Made by a program: the position numbers and the translations under genes. The notes beneath the pieces are model-generated. The model was given only the letters and a program-made list of their open reading frames with translations. It had not been told where the DNA came from and did no database searches. A stretch of 63,701 nucleotides of DNA, the filler included, from Candidatus Rokuibacteriota bacterium (lineage in GTDB: Bacteria; JAUVQV01; DATDCY01), in the NCBI GenBank assembly GCA_031406795.1. It is 6 parts of 6 records of this genome, joined end to end, with 100 filler letters (N's around TTAATTAATTAA, not from the genome) between each part and the next. Parts side by side here need not be neighbours in the genome. Positions count along the whole stretch, not along the records: positions 24,879 to 51,625 come from JANOHV010000243.1; positions 51,726 to 54,841 come from JANOHV010000245.1; positions 54,942 to 61,594 come from JANOHV010000263.1; 3 more parts are not named here. The stretch is one strand, 5' to 3'. Within the stretch, counting starts at the first letter, position 1. Each line of letters starts with the position of its first letter. Positions 48,429-60,840 of the stretch are shown here, one piece after another.

Positions 48429-50089
48429 CCGCGCCCGCGCCCGCCGGCTTCGGACACCGCCGCCGCGAGCGCACCCGCGCCTCGCTGTTCGTGCAGGGCG
48501 AGCCGCTGATCTGGATCATGGGCGGCGGGCTGGTGATTGCGATCGCGATGATCGCCGGGCTGCTCGGCCTGATCGCCGACGCGGGCTTTTCCACCTTTGT
48601 CCCGCGCCCGGTGGCCCGGATCCGGACCGCCGCGGGCAAGGTCCTGATGGGCGAGATCGAGCGTACCGAGGAGCGGCCCGGGGGCGCCGGCGGCAGGCGG
48701 CTGGTGCGCGTCGGCAATTTCGAGCTCACCGGGGAGCACTTCGTCTGGGTGGACGAAGCGCAGATCGTCGCCGAAGACCGGCCGTCCCGGGCGCTCGTCG
48801 TCGAACGGCAGGAATGGGGCCGCTTCTACGGCGAGCCCGTCGGGTTCCTGATCGCCGGCGCGCCGGCCGCGGCCGGGCCGGACGAAGCCTGGCGGCTCTA
48901 CCTCAAGCACCACGGCGAGGTCCGCGACCGCTGGAACGTCCGCCGCCGGATCGAAACGAAGGACGTCGGCGCCGTCAACCGGCGCGTGGAGCGGGCGCGC
49001 CTCGTGTTGCGCGATGCGGAGCGCACGGGCGGAACCGGCTCCGCGACGCACGAGGCCGCGAAACTGCGCTTCGCCGCGGTCGAGGCGGGGGTGATGCGGG
49101 AATTCGAGCGCCTGCGCTCGGAGATACAGGAGCTGAACAAGGCCAACCGAAAGTACCAGCTCGTGCTGCGGACGGCCGACGGGATCGAGAAGGAGATCGC
49201 CCTCGCCGAGATCGTGCGCGCCTATCCCGCGAACGACCTTTCCTTCGCCTCCCGTTCGCGGATCTACCTCGATCGCTGGCGGGAATTCCTCTTCGACGAG
49301 CCGCGCGAAGCAAACAGCGAGGGCGGGGTCTTCCCGGCGATCTTCGGCACGGTGATCATGACCCTCGTGATGTCGGTCGTCGTCGTGCCCTTCGGCGTGA
49401 TGGCCGCCCTGTACCTGCGGGAGTACGCCCGGTCCGGCGCGGTCGTGAGCGCCGTGCGCATCTCGATCAACAACCTCGCCGGGGTCCCGAGCATCGTCTT
49501 CGGCGTCTTCGGCCTCGGCTTCTTCTGCTACTTCATGGGCACCTCCATCGACCAGCTGTTCTTCGCGGCGAACCTGCCAAACCCGACCTTCGGCAAGGGC
49601 GGCGTGCTCTGGGCCTCGCTGACGCTCTCGCTGCTGACGCTCCCGGTGGTTATCGTCGCGACCGAAGAAGCGCTCTCGGCGGTGCCGAACTCCCTGCGCG
49701 AGGGCTCATATGCCTGCGGGGCGAGCAAGTGGCAGACCATCCGGCGCATCGTGCTGCCGCGCGCGATGCCCGGCATCATGACCGGGATGATCCTCGCGAT
49801 GGCCCGCGGCGCGGGCGAGGTCGCGCCGTTGATGCTGGTCGGCGCCGTCAAGCTCGCCCCCGAGCTGCCCCTCGACACGATCCCGCCCTTCGTCCACGCC
49901 CAGCGCAGCTTCATGCACCTCGGCTTCCACATCTACGACCTCGGCTTCCAGAGCCAGAACTCGGAGGCCGCCAAGCCGATGGTTTTCACGACGACGCTGC
50001 TGCTGATCGCCGTCGTCTTTCTCCTCAACGTCATCGCGGTGCGCCTGAGAACCCGGCTGCGCCGACGGTTCGAATCCGAAAAGTTCTAG
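48425..50089 (+). CDS. pstA: Phosphate ABC permease PstA, long form with a coiled-coil insert
   Basis: PREANSEGGVFPAIFGT, NLAGVPSIVFG, ARGAGEVAP; GTGA overlap with pstC. Confidence 0.93.
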   Translation: MTAPAPAGFGHRRRERTRASLFVQGEPLIWIMGGGLVIAIAMIAGLLGLIADAGFSTFVPRPVARIRTAAGKVLMGEIERTEERPGGAGGRRLVRVGNFELTGEHFVWVDEAQIVAEDRPSRALVVERQEWGRFYGEPVGFLIAGAPAAAGPDEAWRLYLKHHGEVRDRWNVRRRIETKDVGAVNRRVERARLVLRDAERTGGTGSATHEAAKLRFAAVEAGVMREFERLRSEIQELNKANRKYQLVLRTADGIEKEIALAEIVRAYPANDLSFASRSRIYLDRWREFLFDEPREANSEGGVFPAIFGTVIMTLVMSVVVVPFGVMAALYLREYARSGAVVSAVRISINNLAGVPSIVFGVFGLGFFCYFMGTSIDQLFFAANLPNPTFGKGGVLWASLTLSLLTLPVVIVATEEALSAVPNSLREGSYACGASKWQTIRRIVLPRAMPGIMTGMILAMARGAGEVAPLMLVGAVKLAPELPLDTIPPFVHAQRSFMHLGFHIYDLGFQSQNSEAAKPMVFTTTLLLIAVVFLLNVIAVRLRTRLRRRFESEKF

Positions 50090-50107
50090 GGAAGGAGCGC
50101 ACGAGCG

Positions 50108-50974
50108 GTGAACGCCAAACTGGTCGAACCACCCCCGCCGGAGAAGGGGGGCTCGCGCCTCGAACGCGTCGCCTCAGGCGAGCGATTCGCGGCGGAGACC
50201 CACCCCGAGATCGACCGGGAGGAGATCATCGTCGACGTCCGCGACTTCTCGCTCTATTACGGGGCCAAGCAGGCGATCTTCGACATCAACCTCAAGATCC
50301 CGAAGGGCAAGGTCACCGCGATCGTCGGCCCCTCCGGGTGCGGCAAGTCGACGCTGCTGCGTTCGGTGAACCGGATCAACGATCTGCTGCCGACAGTCCG
50401 GATCACCGGCGACATGCTGCTCAACGGCGACACGATCTACGATCCCGGCGTCGACGTGATCGAGCTGCGCAAGCGCATGGGGATGGTCTTCCAGAAGCCA
50501 AACCCCTTCCCGATGAGCATCTTCGAAAACGTCGTCTACCCGCTGCGCATCGACGGGGAGAACCGCCGGGCCGTCCTCGACGAGGTCTGCGAGCGCTCGC
50601 TGCGCGGCGCCGCGCTCTGGGACGAGATGAAGGACCGCCTCCAGGACAGCGCCCTCGGCCTCTCCGGCGGACAACAGCAGCGCCTGTGCATCGCGCGGGC
50701 GATCGCCGCCGAGCCCGAAGTGCTGCTGATGGACGAACCCTGCTCGGCGCTCGACCCGATCGCCACGAACAAGATCGAGAACCTCATCGCCGAGCTGAAG
50801 GGGGAGTACTCGATCCTGATCGTGACGCACAACATGCAGCAGGCGGCGCGGACCAGCGACTTCACCGCCTTCATGTACCTCGGCCATCTCATCGAGTACG
50901 GGCCGACCTCGACGATCTTCGTGAAACCGCACCTGCGCGAGACGATGGACTACGTCACCGGGCGCTTCGGCTGA
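50108..50974 (+). CDS. pstB: Phosphate ABC ATPase
   Basis: [34 protein letters not shown]. Confidence 0.97.
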   Translation: MNAKLVEPPPPEKGGSRLERVASGERFAAETHPEIDREEIIVDVRDFSLYYGAKQAIFDINLKIPKGKVTAIVGPSGCGKSTLLRSVNRINDLLPTVRITGDMLLNGDTIYDPGVDVIELRKRMGMVFQKPNPFPMSIFENVVYPLRIDGENRRAVLDEVCERSLRGAALWDEMKDRLQDSALGLSGGQQQRLCIARAIAAEPEVLLMDEPCSALDPIATNKIENLIAELKGEYSILIVTHNMQQAARTSDFTAFMYLGHLIEYGPTSTIFVKPHLRETMDYVTGRFG

Positions 50975-50996
50975 TGCCCCAAAGAGAGAGGATGCG

Positions 50997-51625
50997 ATGA
51001 CACTGCGGCTGCACAAGGAGATCGAACGTCTCAAGAAGGAACTTCTCGCGCTCGGGGCGATCGTCGAAGAGTTGCTGCGCAAGGCGGTGCGGGCCCTCCA
51101 GAATCGCGACACGACGCTCGCGCGCGAGGTGATGGACGCCGACGAGGGCGTGGACAACCGCGAGGTGGAGCTCGAGGAGGACGGCCTCAAGATCATCGCG
51201 CTGCACCAGCCCGTCGCGATCGACCTGCGCTTCATCGTCTCGGTGCTGCGGATCAACTCCGATCTCGAGCGGATCGGCGATCTCGCCGTCAACATCGCGG
51301 AGCGCGCCAGCTACCTCGCGGGGGCCGAGTCCTCCGTCATCCCCATCGACTTCGCCCCGATGGCCGAGAAAGCCCAGGAGATGCTCACGAAGAGCCTCGA
51401 CGCCTTCGTGAACATGGACACGGTGCTCGCCAAGCAGATCCTCGAGATGGACAACGAGGTCGACGAAATGAACCGGCGGATGTACTGCGCCGTCTACGAA
51501 CTCGTCCGGAAGAACCCGGAGGACGTGGAAGTGCTGCTGCACCTGCTCTCGGCCAGCCGCCACCTCGAGCGCATCGCGGACCACGCCACCAACATCGCCG
51601 AGGACGTGATCTACATGGTCGACGG
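50997..51625 (+). CDS. phoU: Phosphate signalling protein PhoU, 3' truncated
   Basis: QPVAIDLR, DLERIGD, LERIADHATNIAEDVIY. Confidence 0.96.
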
Positions 51626-51725
51626 NNNNNNNNNNNNNNNNNNNNNNNNNNNNNNNNNNNNNNNNNNNNTTAATTAATTAANNNNNNNNNNNNNNNNNNN
51701 NNNNNNNNNNNNNNNNNNNNNNNNN
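51626..51725. other. Artificial contig linker
   Basis: N runs + TTAATTAATTAA. Confidence 0.99.
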
Positions 51726-52953
51726 GCATGAAGCCCATCGCGAAGACCACCAGGTCGGCCGGCAGCTCGAATTTGCTGCCGGAGACCTCCTTGAAGGAGC
51801 GTCGTCCGGCGGTGTCGACCGCGCCCCACTCGACCCTGACGCAGCGCACCGCGCGCACGCGGCCCTCCTGGTCGCCGAGAACCTCCTGCGTCGAGATTCC
51901 CCACATCCGCGCGCACCCCTCGTCGTGGGAGGATCCGGTGCGGAGAATCTGCGGCCAGTGCGGCCACGGGTTGTCGATCGAGCGCTCCCGCGGCGGTTCG
52001 GGGAGGATTTCGATTTGGGTGATCGCGGCCGCGCCCTGGCGCCGGGCCGTCCCGACGCAGTCGGCGCCGGTGTCACCGCCGCCGATCACGACCACGGTTC
52101 GCCCGGCGGCGGCGACGTCGGTGCCGGGAGCGAGCGAGTCGCCCGCGACGCGGCGGTTCTGGGCGGTGAGATACTCCATCGCCAGGTGAACGCCCTGCAG
52201 GTCGCGTCCCGGGAGCCGGACATCGCGCGGGACCCGCGAGCCGGCGGCGACGACGACCGCATCGAACGTGCGCCGCAGGTAGTTCACCGACACGTCGCGT
52301 CCGGCGTCGACGCGAGTCTCGAAGACGACGCCCTCCGCCACCAGCTGCGCGATGCGCCGGTCGATGACCCACTTCTCGAGCTTGAAATCCGGGATGCCGT
52401 AGCGCAGGATCCCGCCGGGACGATCGGCCTTCTCGTAGACCACGACCGTGTGACCGGCGCGCGCCAGCTGCTGGGCCGCGGCGAGGCCGGCGGGGCCGGA
52501 ACCGATGACGACGGCCCGTTTGCCCGTGTGACGCGGCGCGGGCTGCGGAAGGATCCACCCCTCGCGCCAGCCGCGTTCGACGATCTGCAGCTCGATCTGG
52601 CGGATGCTGACCGGCGGCGCGTTGATGCCGAGCGTGCACGCCGCCTCGCAGGGCGCCGGGCAGATCCTGCCGGTGATCTCGGGGAGATTGTTGGTCGCCT
52701 GCAGCAGATCGAGCGCGCGGCGCCACTGGCCGCGCCAGACCATGTCGTTCCAGTCCGGGATGCGGTTGTGCACCGGGCAGCCGAAGCTGTGGCAGTACGG
52801 CACGCCGCAGTCCATGCAGCGCGCCGCCTGGCGCTCGAGGCGCTCGGGCGGCAGCAGCAGCTCGATCTCGCGAAAGTCGCGGATCCGCTCGGCGACGGGA
52901 CGCTTGGGCGCGTCCTCGCGCTGGTACTCCATGAACCCCGTGGTCTTGCCCAT
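51726..52953 (-). CDS. gltD: Glutamate synthase small subunit, 3' truncated
   Basis: MGKTTGF, RCMDCGVPYC, GRICPAPC, GSGPAGL, GGGDTGADC. Confidence 0.96.
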
Positions 52954-52978
52954 CCTTATCCTCGATTGCCGTTCTCTC

Positions 52979-53238
52979 GGGCGAGGATCAACCCCGCCCC
53001 TACAACGTACAACACCTGCCCGGGGCGCCGTAAATCCGCCCGGTCCGTAGGGGAGGGGTTGACCCCCTCCCGCTGGCGTTCTCTCAGGCGCGGGGATCAA
53101 CCCCGCCCCTACAACAGCTACCAACCAATCCCGAGAATCGCGATCACCTTCGTCCGGGCCGCCCCTACAACGTGCAACAACCTGCCCGGGGCGCCGTAAA
53201 TCCTCCCGGTCCGTAGGGGAGGGGTTGACCCCCTCCCG
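52979..53238. repeat. REP/REPIN-like cluster of GTAG-type palindromes
   Basis: GTAGGGGAGGGGTTGACCCCCTCCC (53047, 53213) and inverted GGATCAACCCCGCCCCTAC copies; about 75-bp direct duplication. Confidence 0.85.
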
Positions 53239-53241
53239 CCA

Positions 53242-54841
<1,600 letters not shown>

Positions 54842-54941
54842 NNNNNNNNNNNNNNNNNNNNNNNNNNNNNNNNNNNNNNNNNNNNTTAATTAATTAANNN
54901 NNNNNNNNNNNNNNNNNNNNNNNNNNNNNNNNNNNNNNNNN
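54842..54941. other. Artificial contig linker
   Basis: N runs + TTAATTAATTAA. Confidence 0.99.
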
Positions 54942-55712
54942 GATTCCCGAGGAGATGATCTGCCCGATCTGCACCGCGCGCTGCGTGACCACCCCGTCCA
55001 CCGGCGAGACGACGCGGGTTTCGCTGAGGCGCTGGCGCGCCAGGTCGAGGCTCACCTGGTCGCTGTCGACCTGGGCCTCCGCGATGCGGATCTGCTGGCG
55101 GGCCTGCTCCAGCGTGCGCGCCTGGCTCTTCAGCTCCTCGATCGCGGTTTCGGCGTTCTCCGCCTCGGCGGCGGCCTGGGCGGCCGCGGTTTCGGCGGTC
55201 TCGGCCTCTTCGAGGCTCGCGAGCTTTTTTCCCTGCAACTCGCGCGTGCGGTCGGCTTTGGCGCGGGCGTCGCGGGCGCGCGCCCGTGACGCGACCAGCG
55301 AGGCGTCGGCGCGCTGCCGGTCGGTCTTGAGGCTCTCCCCGGCGAGTGCGAGGCTCTCTTTCGCGTTGATCAGGCGCGCCTGCGACGCGCGGACAGTGGC
55401 TTCGGCCTGGCGGACCCGCTGCTGCTCGTCGCGCGGGTCGAGTTCAAGGAGCAGGTCGCCTTTCTTCACGGTCTGGCTGATATCGAAGGGGAGTTTGATG
55501 ATCTCGCCGCTGGCCTTGCACTTGATCTCGACGTCCAGGTTCGACACGACCTTGCCGGTCGAGGAGACCGACTGACGCACCGGCCCGCGCTCGACCTTCG
55601 CCGTGGGGGTCGGGTTCGTGGCGGCCGGCTTCGCGCCGCCGTACTTCCAGTACCACAGGCCGCCGGCAAGCAAACAGACAACGACGATCGCGATGATTTT
55701 CTTCACGCCCAC
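54942..55712 (-). CDS. Efflux periplasmic adaptor (MacA/HlyD-like), 3' truncated
   Basis: N-terminal TM, ASGEI...VKKGDLLLELD, helical hairpin, SPVDGVV. Confidence 0.9.
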
Positions 55713-55845
55713 CCCTCTTCATGAAATATCTGTATCTTCCCGTTGGACGCCGCTCAAGGGGAATGGTTCCTCCGGGCGGGCTCAGGTCCGAGGCGGCGGC
55801 TCCCCGATCCGCGCGCGCTCTTCGGCGATTCCGGAGGGTTGGCGC

Positions 55846-56736
55846 TTAGCGCACCGCTCCCTTGATCGCGCTCTCGATGCCCGCGGGCGCCCCGGAGATC
55901 TTCATGAATGTCCCCATCGTCAAGTCGGGGAAGCTCTGCGCGATGCGGAATTTCCCGTGCAGCATCCGGACTTTGCCGCCGCTGACGAGGAATTCGTACG
56001 GCAGGTGGGCGGTGTGCCGCTGCTGCGCCGTGTCCGTCGCTTTCATGACCGTCGCGTCGGCTCCGGGGCCGTCGAGAATCGCCACCGAAAACAGGGTCTG
56101 CTCTTTGCCGGGGATGTCGATCCGGCTGATGCGGCGCACCACCTTGGACTTCGCCAAGCCGTTCTCGACCTTCTCGAGAGCCTCGGCGTGGGAAGCGTGC
56201 GTTGCGAGGACCTCCTGATCCGTGAAATAGGGCATCATCACCATGTAGTGGTAGGAGCCCAGTTGCTTGGCCGTGAAGCCCTCCTTTGCGCCGAACGGCG
56301 TTCCCGCGCCGAGGACGGCGCCGAGGGTCGCGGCGACGTCGGCGAGGTCGGTTCCCATGCGGTAGACATTGGCCATCCAGGCAGGGTTGGTGTACGCGAC
56401 CTGCACCTTCCCGGCGACAACGGTCACCGACACCCGCACCGCGGCGCCGTACCCGCCGAATTCGGTTGCGGCTGCCGCTTCTTTCAGGGCGTCGCTGGTG
56501 ACGACGAGGGTGGCCACGCCTTCCATGACCCGGTACTCCCCGGCGACCTCGAATCCGGCGGCGGTCAGCCCTTTTCTGACGGTGTCCACCTTCTCCGCCC
56601 AAGGGCCGGCGGACTCCTCGGCCAGAAGGTAGGGCTTGAGCGGAGTGTCGGCCGCGGTAGCCGGTGCCGCGGCCAGGAACGATGCCACCAACAGGCACGC
56701 CAGCGTGCGTACGGCTGCGAATCTTGCTTCCATCAT
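55846..56736 (-). CDS. Exported hypothetical protein
   Basis: Signal peptide ending ATAA, SD AAGGAG, typical codon usage. Confidence 0.75.
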   Translation of the reverse strand: MMEARFAAVRTLACLLVASFLAAAPATAADTPLKPYLLAEESAGPWAEKVDTVRKGLTAAGFEVAGEYRVMEGVATLVVTSDALKEAAAATEFGGYGAAVRVSVTVVAGKVQVAYTNPAWMANVYRMGTDLADVAATLGAVLGAGTPFGAKEGFTAKQLGSYHYMVMMPYFTDQEVLATHASHAEALEKVENGLAKSKVVRRISRIDIPGKEQTLFSVAILDGPGADATVMKATDTAQQRHTAHLPYEFLVSGGKVRMLHGKFRIAQSFPDLTMGTFMKISGAPAGIESAIKGAVR

Positions 56737-56885
56737 TACTTCTCCTTGTGGATGGCTCGCTGCCGCCTGCGGGGCGGATCGCTGCGAGCGCGGGAAATCA
56801 GCCCGGGGTGAACGCGAACCCCGCAACGTGTCTAGCAGGAGTGCGCGGTGCGGTCAATGGGGCGGCTTCCCGGCGCAGCCGTCGT

Positions 56886-57755
56886 TCAGACGCCGGCTCC
56901 GCCCGCCGGCCACGGCAAGGGCGCAAAAACGACGACTTCGTGACTCGACGTGACCTCGAGTCCATCGAGTTCTCTTGCGCGCTCGCGCCGCCCGGCCCGG
57001 CCGCCGCGGTAGGTGGAAACCAGCAGGTCCTCGAGTTGAACCGCGGAAAAGGCCCGTTGCTCCCGGGCTTCGTGCCGCCCGACGAATGCGAAATGTCCGG
57101 CGTGCTCATCGATGAGCTTGGCGACCCGATCCAGCTTTGCGGCGCTGCCGAGAGCCGCTTCGCGCAACTCCGCAAGATCGTCCGGGGCGGGAACCGCGAC
57201 CACGAGACGCCCGGCGGGGGCGAGCGCGCGTGCGCACTCGGCGGGGCTGCGCCGCGCAGTGATCGAGAGGGCGAGGTCGAGCGAGCCGTCGGCAACGGGG
57301 AGGCCGCGGTCGGCGTTGGCGACCAGCCAGAGCACGTCGGGATGGCGTCGTGCCGCCAACCCGACTGCGCGCGCCGACAGATCGACGCCGGCGGCCTCCA
57401 GGCCCAGCCGCGCGGCGAGAGCGCCGAGCAGCGAGCCCTCCCCCGAGCCGATGTCCAGCGTGCGCGCCCCCGGCGGGAGGCGGAAGCCGGCGATCGTCGC
57501 CGTCAGCGTCTCTTGCAGCGCGGCGCCGATGCCGGCGTCGAACAGCCGCCGGCGCGCCGCGACTGTCTCCGTCGCATCGCCCGGCACCCGCGCGCGGCGA
57601 TCCTGCGGCTGCAGCAGGTTGATGTAACCGTCGCGGGCGATGTCGAAGCAGTGGCCGCAGGGGCCGCGTAGCACGGCGCCCGCCTGCCGCCGCGCCGCCG
57701 CGACGGCGGGCAAGGTGGCACCGCAGCCCCGCACCGTACAGCGGATTTCAAGCAT
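56886..57755 (-). CDS. RlmA-like 23S rRNA m1G methyltransferase
   Basis: N-terminal Zn finger C..GC...CGHCFDIARDGYINLL, LDIGSGEG. Confidence 0.8.
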   Translation of the reverse strand: MLEIRCTVRGCGATLPAVAAARRQAGAVLRGPCGHCFDIARDGYINLLQPQDRRARVPGDATETVAARRRLFDAGIGAALQETLTATIAGFRLPPGARTLDIGSGEGSLLGALAARLGLEAAGVDLSARAVGLAARRHPDVLWLVANADRGLPVADGSLDLALSITARRSPAECARALAPAGRLVVAVPAPDDLAELREAALGSAAKLDRVAKLIDEHAGHFAFVGRHEAREQRAFSAVQLEDLLVSTYRGGRAGRRERARELDGLEVTSSHEVVVFAPLPWPAGGAGV

Positions 57756-58752
57756 GGCGCGGCGGGCTGCATGCCGGATGCGCTGCGGCGGGATCGCCCG
57801 GTGCCCGGCACCCGTCCCAGAAGGACTGCAGGTCCGAGGCGAACGGCGCCTCGAGGTGCATCATCTCCCCCGTGCCCGGATGCGGCAACGCGAGCTTCCA
57901 GGCGTGGAGCGCGTGACGCGGCAGCAGCAGCGCCCGGCGGTCGCCGTCGGTCAGCTCTCCCCGGGTGAAGCGGTCGAAGATCATCTCGTCGGACCCGTAG
58001 ATCTTGTCGCCGACCAGGTGCAGCCCGGCATGGTGGAGGTGGGCGCGGATCTGGTGTTGCCGCCCGGTCCGCGGCCGGCAGGCCAGCAGCGTCAGCGGTT
58101 CGCCGCCCGGCGCCAGCCGCCGCTCGAGCACGTCAAAGTCGGTGCGCGCGGGGAGGCCCTCTTCCGAGGCGTGCATCCGGATCTGCACGCCGCTGGCGCG
58201 GGTCAGCCGCAGCGGAACCTCCACACTGAAGCTCCCGTCCGCCGGTGCGCCGGCGGCGAGCGCAAGATAGGTCTTCGCCACCCGGCCACGCGCGAAAGCG
58301 AGCTTCAGGGCCCGGGTGGCGGACAAGGTGCAGCCGCAGGCGAGCAGGCCCGAGGTCTCGCGGTCGAGGCGGTGGGCCGGATCCACCCGGCGGCCGGGGT
58401 ACGCGGCACGCACCAGCGCCGTGAGGGTGTGGTCCAGATAGCGGGCGGTGGGGTGTGCCGGGAGCCCGGCCGGCTTGTCGACCACGAGCAGTTCGGCATC
58501 TTCGAAGACCACGCCGAACGTCATCGGCGTCTCCGGCTCGGGACCGAGGTCGCTCAGCAGCACGAACCGCATTCCCGCTGCAACCCGGCTCGCCGGCTTG
58601 AGCTTCCCCGGGCCGCCGTGCTCGAGCCGGGTCGCGATGAGCCGCTGGATCTGCTCCCGGGAGAGCCGCCGGATCTTCTGGCGGAGGTAGAGGTCGAGAC
58701 GCCATCCCGCGAACGCGGGCTCGACCTGGACGGGAACCCGCCTGAGCGTCAT
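57748..58752 (-). CDS. RluA/RluD-family pseudouridine synthase
   Basis: S4-like RLD, DKPAGLPAHP, HRLDRETSG, TGRQHQIR. Confidence 0.93.
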   Translation of the reverse strand: MTLRRVPVQVEPAFAGWRLDLYLRQKIRRLSREQIQRLIATRLEHGGPGKLKPASRVAAGMRFVLLSDLGPEPETPMTFGVVFEDAELLVVDKPAGLPAHPTARYLDHTLTALVRAAYPGRRVDPAHRLDRETSGLLACGCTLSATRALKLAFARGRVAKTYLALAAGAPADGSFSVEVPLRLTRASGVQIRMHASEEGLPARTDFDVLERRLAPGGEPLTLLACRPRTGRQHQIRAHLHHAGLHLVGDKIYGSDEMIFDRFTRGELTDGDRRALLLPRHALHAWKLALPHPGTGEMMHLEAPFASDLQSFWDGCRAPGDPAAAHPACSPPRHA

Positions 58753-60812
58753 GTCTCCCGGTCGGCCTTCTCGACCTCGCCCTCGAGTTTTGCCCATTCG
58801 TCGTAGCTGTAGGCCAGGTTCGTCGTCAGTTCGCGGTATTCGACCGACAGCGCGCTGACCCGCTCCGGGTTCTGGCAGACCACGGGGTCGCCGAGGCTGG
58901 CCTCGATCTGTTTCTTCCGGCCCTCCTGCTCCGCGATCCTCTTCTCGAGCTTCTCCAGCGCCGATTGCAGCGGGCGCAGGCGCTGCGAGCGCTGCTGGCG
59001 CCGCTCCGCGTCCCGCCGCTTGCGCTCCTTGTCGGGCGGCGCGGCCGGCGCCCCCCCCGGGGCAGCCCCCGCCGCGGACTTGGGACGGGGCTGCCCCGCC
59101 GCCCGCGGTTTGTCGGCGGCAGGCCTGGCCGGCGACACCGGCGTCGCGGCGGGAGCCTTTGCGGGTTTCTTCGCCGCGCTCGCGGCCGCCTCGCGCTCGC
59201 GGCGCTGCTTTTCGAGCCAGTCGGTGACGCCCCCGAGGAACATCGAGACGCGGCCGTCCCGGAACTCGGCGACTTTCGTCGCCAGCGGCTCGAGAAAATC
59301 GCGGTCGTGCGAGACGATGCAGTAGGCACCGGTGAAGCGACGCAGCGCCTCCTGGAGGACCCCCTTGGACTTGACGTCGAGGTGGTTGGTCGGCTCGTCG
59401 AGGACCAGCAGGTTGGCGGGCACCAGCAGCATCTTGGCCAGCGCGAGCCGGCTCTTCTCCCCGCCCGAGAGTACGGCGACGCGCTTGAAGACATCGTCGC
59501 CGGTGAACAGGAAGCAGCCGAGCAGGCGGCGCAGTCCCTGCTGCAGCCCGGCCGGCGCGGCGTCCTCGAGCGTCTCGAGCACGGTCTTCTTCGGATCGAG
59601 ATCGTCGGCCTGGTGCTGCGCGTAATAAGAGACGATGACGTTGTGGCCCGGCGTGCGCGTCCCCGCCTGGATCGGTTCGAGGCCGGCGATGATCCGCGCG
59701 AGCGTCGACTTGCCTGCGCCGTTGGAACCGAGAAAGGCGATGCGGTCGCCGCGCTCGATGGTCAGGTCGAGGTTCTTGAAGACCGGCTCCGGCCCGTAAG
59801 ATTTCGTCACCCCCTCGAGTCTCATCAGGATCCGTCCCGGGGAGGGCGGCGGCGGAAAGTCGAAGGAGATGCTCCCCTGCTCGTCGTCCATCTCGATGCG
59901 CTCGATCTTGTCGAGCTGCTTGAGACGGCTCTGCACCTGGCGGGCCTTGGTCGCCTGGTAGCGGAAGCGGTCGACGAAGGCCATCGTCGCGCGGATCGCC
60001 TCCTGCTGGTTCTCGTAGGAGGAGCGCAGCATTTCGAGGCGGATTTCGCGCTCCTTGAGATAGTACGAGTAGTTGCCCTTGTACTCGCCCGCCTTGCCGT
60101 TGGCGATCTCGATCGTGCGGCGCGTGAGGTTGTCGAGAAACCGCCGGTCGTGCGAGATGACGACCACCGAGCCGTCGTAGCCCTTGAGGTATTCCTCGAG
60201 CCAGGTCAGCGACTCGATGTCCAGATGGTTGGTCGGCTCGTCGAGCATCAAGATCGTCGGCTCGCGCAGCAGCAGTTTGGCCAGCGCGATGCGCATCTGC
60301 CAGCCGCCGGAGAACTCCGAGGTCTCGCGCGGCATGTCCGCCATCTTGAAGCCCAGACCGAGCAGGATCTCCTCGACCTTCGCGCCGATCGACCAGCCCT
60401 CGCGGTGCTCGAGGTGGTGCTGCAGCTTCCCCATCTCGTCGACCAGGTCGAGGACCTCGGAGGAGTTGCCCTTGCCGGCGGCGACGAGCGCGTCGATCTC
60501 GACGGCGATCTCCTCGGCGCGCGCGTGCATCGCGAGCAGGTCATCGAAGGCGGTGGCGGTCTCGTCGGCCAGCGTCTTGCCGGCGTGCGCGATGCCGTCC
60601 TGCGGCAGGTAGCCGGCGGTGTGCGAGCGCGAACGGATGATTTCGCCGGCGTCGGGGTCGACGAGGCCGAGGATGATCTTCAGCAGCGTGGACTTGCCCG
60701 CGCCGTTCGGCCCGACGATGGCGATGCGCTCGTCGTCCCCGATGCGCAGCGAGAGGTCGCGGAAGAGGTACTCCCCGCCGTACTGCTTCTCGAGGTGGCT
60801 GATCGTGATCAT
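58749..60812 (-). CDS. ABC-F family ribosome-associated ATPase
   Basis: Two ABC cassettes (GPNGAGKST, FSGGW, LDEPTNHLD; LSGGE), no TM segments. Confidence 0.95.
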   Translation of the reverse strand: MITISHLEKQYGGEYLFRDLSLRIGDDERIAIVGPNGAGKSTLLKIILGLVDPDAGEIIRSRSHTAGYLPQDGIAHAGKTLADETATAFDDLLAMHARAEEIAVEIDALVAAGKGNSSEVLDLVDEMGKLQHHLEHREGWSIGAKVEEILLGLGFKMADMPRETSEFSGGWQMRIALAKLLLREPTILMLDEPTNHLDIESLTWLEEYLKGYDGSVVVISHDRRFLDNLTRRTIEIANGKAGEYKGNYSYYLKEREIRLEMLRSSYENQQEAIRATMAFVDRFRYQATKARQVQSRLKQLDKIERIEMDDEQGSISFDFPPPPSPGRILMRLEGVTKSYGPEPVFKNLDLTIERGDRIAFLGSNGAGKSTLARIIAGLEPIQAGTRTPGHNVIVSYYAQHQADDLDPKKTVLETLEDAAPAGLQQGLRRLLGCFLFTGDDVFKRVAVLSGGEKSRLALAKMLLVPANLLVLDEPTNHLDVKSKGVLQEALRRFTGAYCIVSHDRDFLEPLATKVAEFRDGRVSMFLGGVTDWLEKQRREREAAASAAKKPAKAPAATPVSPARPAADKPRAAGQPRPKSAAGAAPGGAPAAPPDKERKRRDAERRQQRSQRLRPLQSALEKLEKRIAEQEGRKKQIEASLGDPVVCQNPERVSALSVEYRELTTNLAYSYDEWAKLEGEVEKADRET

Positions 60813-60840
60813 GCGGGCCCGGCCGACGAAACAGCGCGGC

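Noticed and set aside
52979-53238. Possible CRISPR array
   Set aside because: Repeats alternate in orientation and the 'spacers' are duplicated; this fits REP/REPIN
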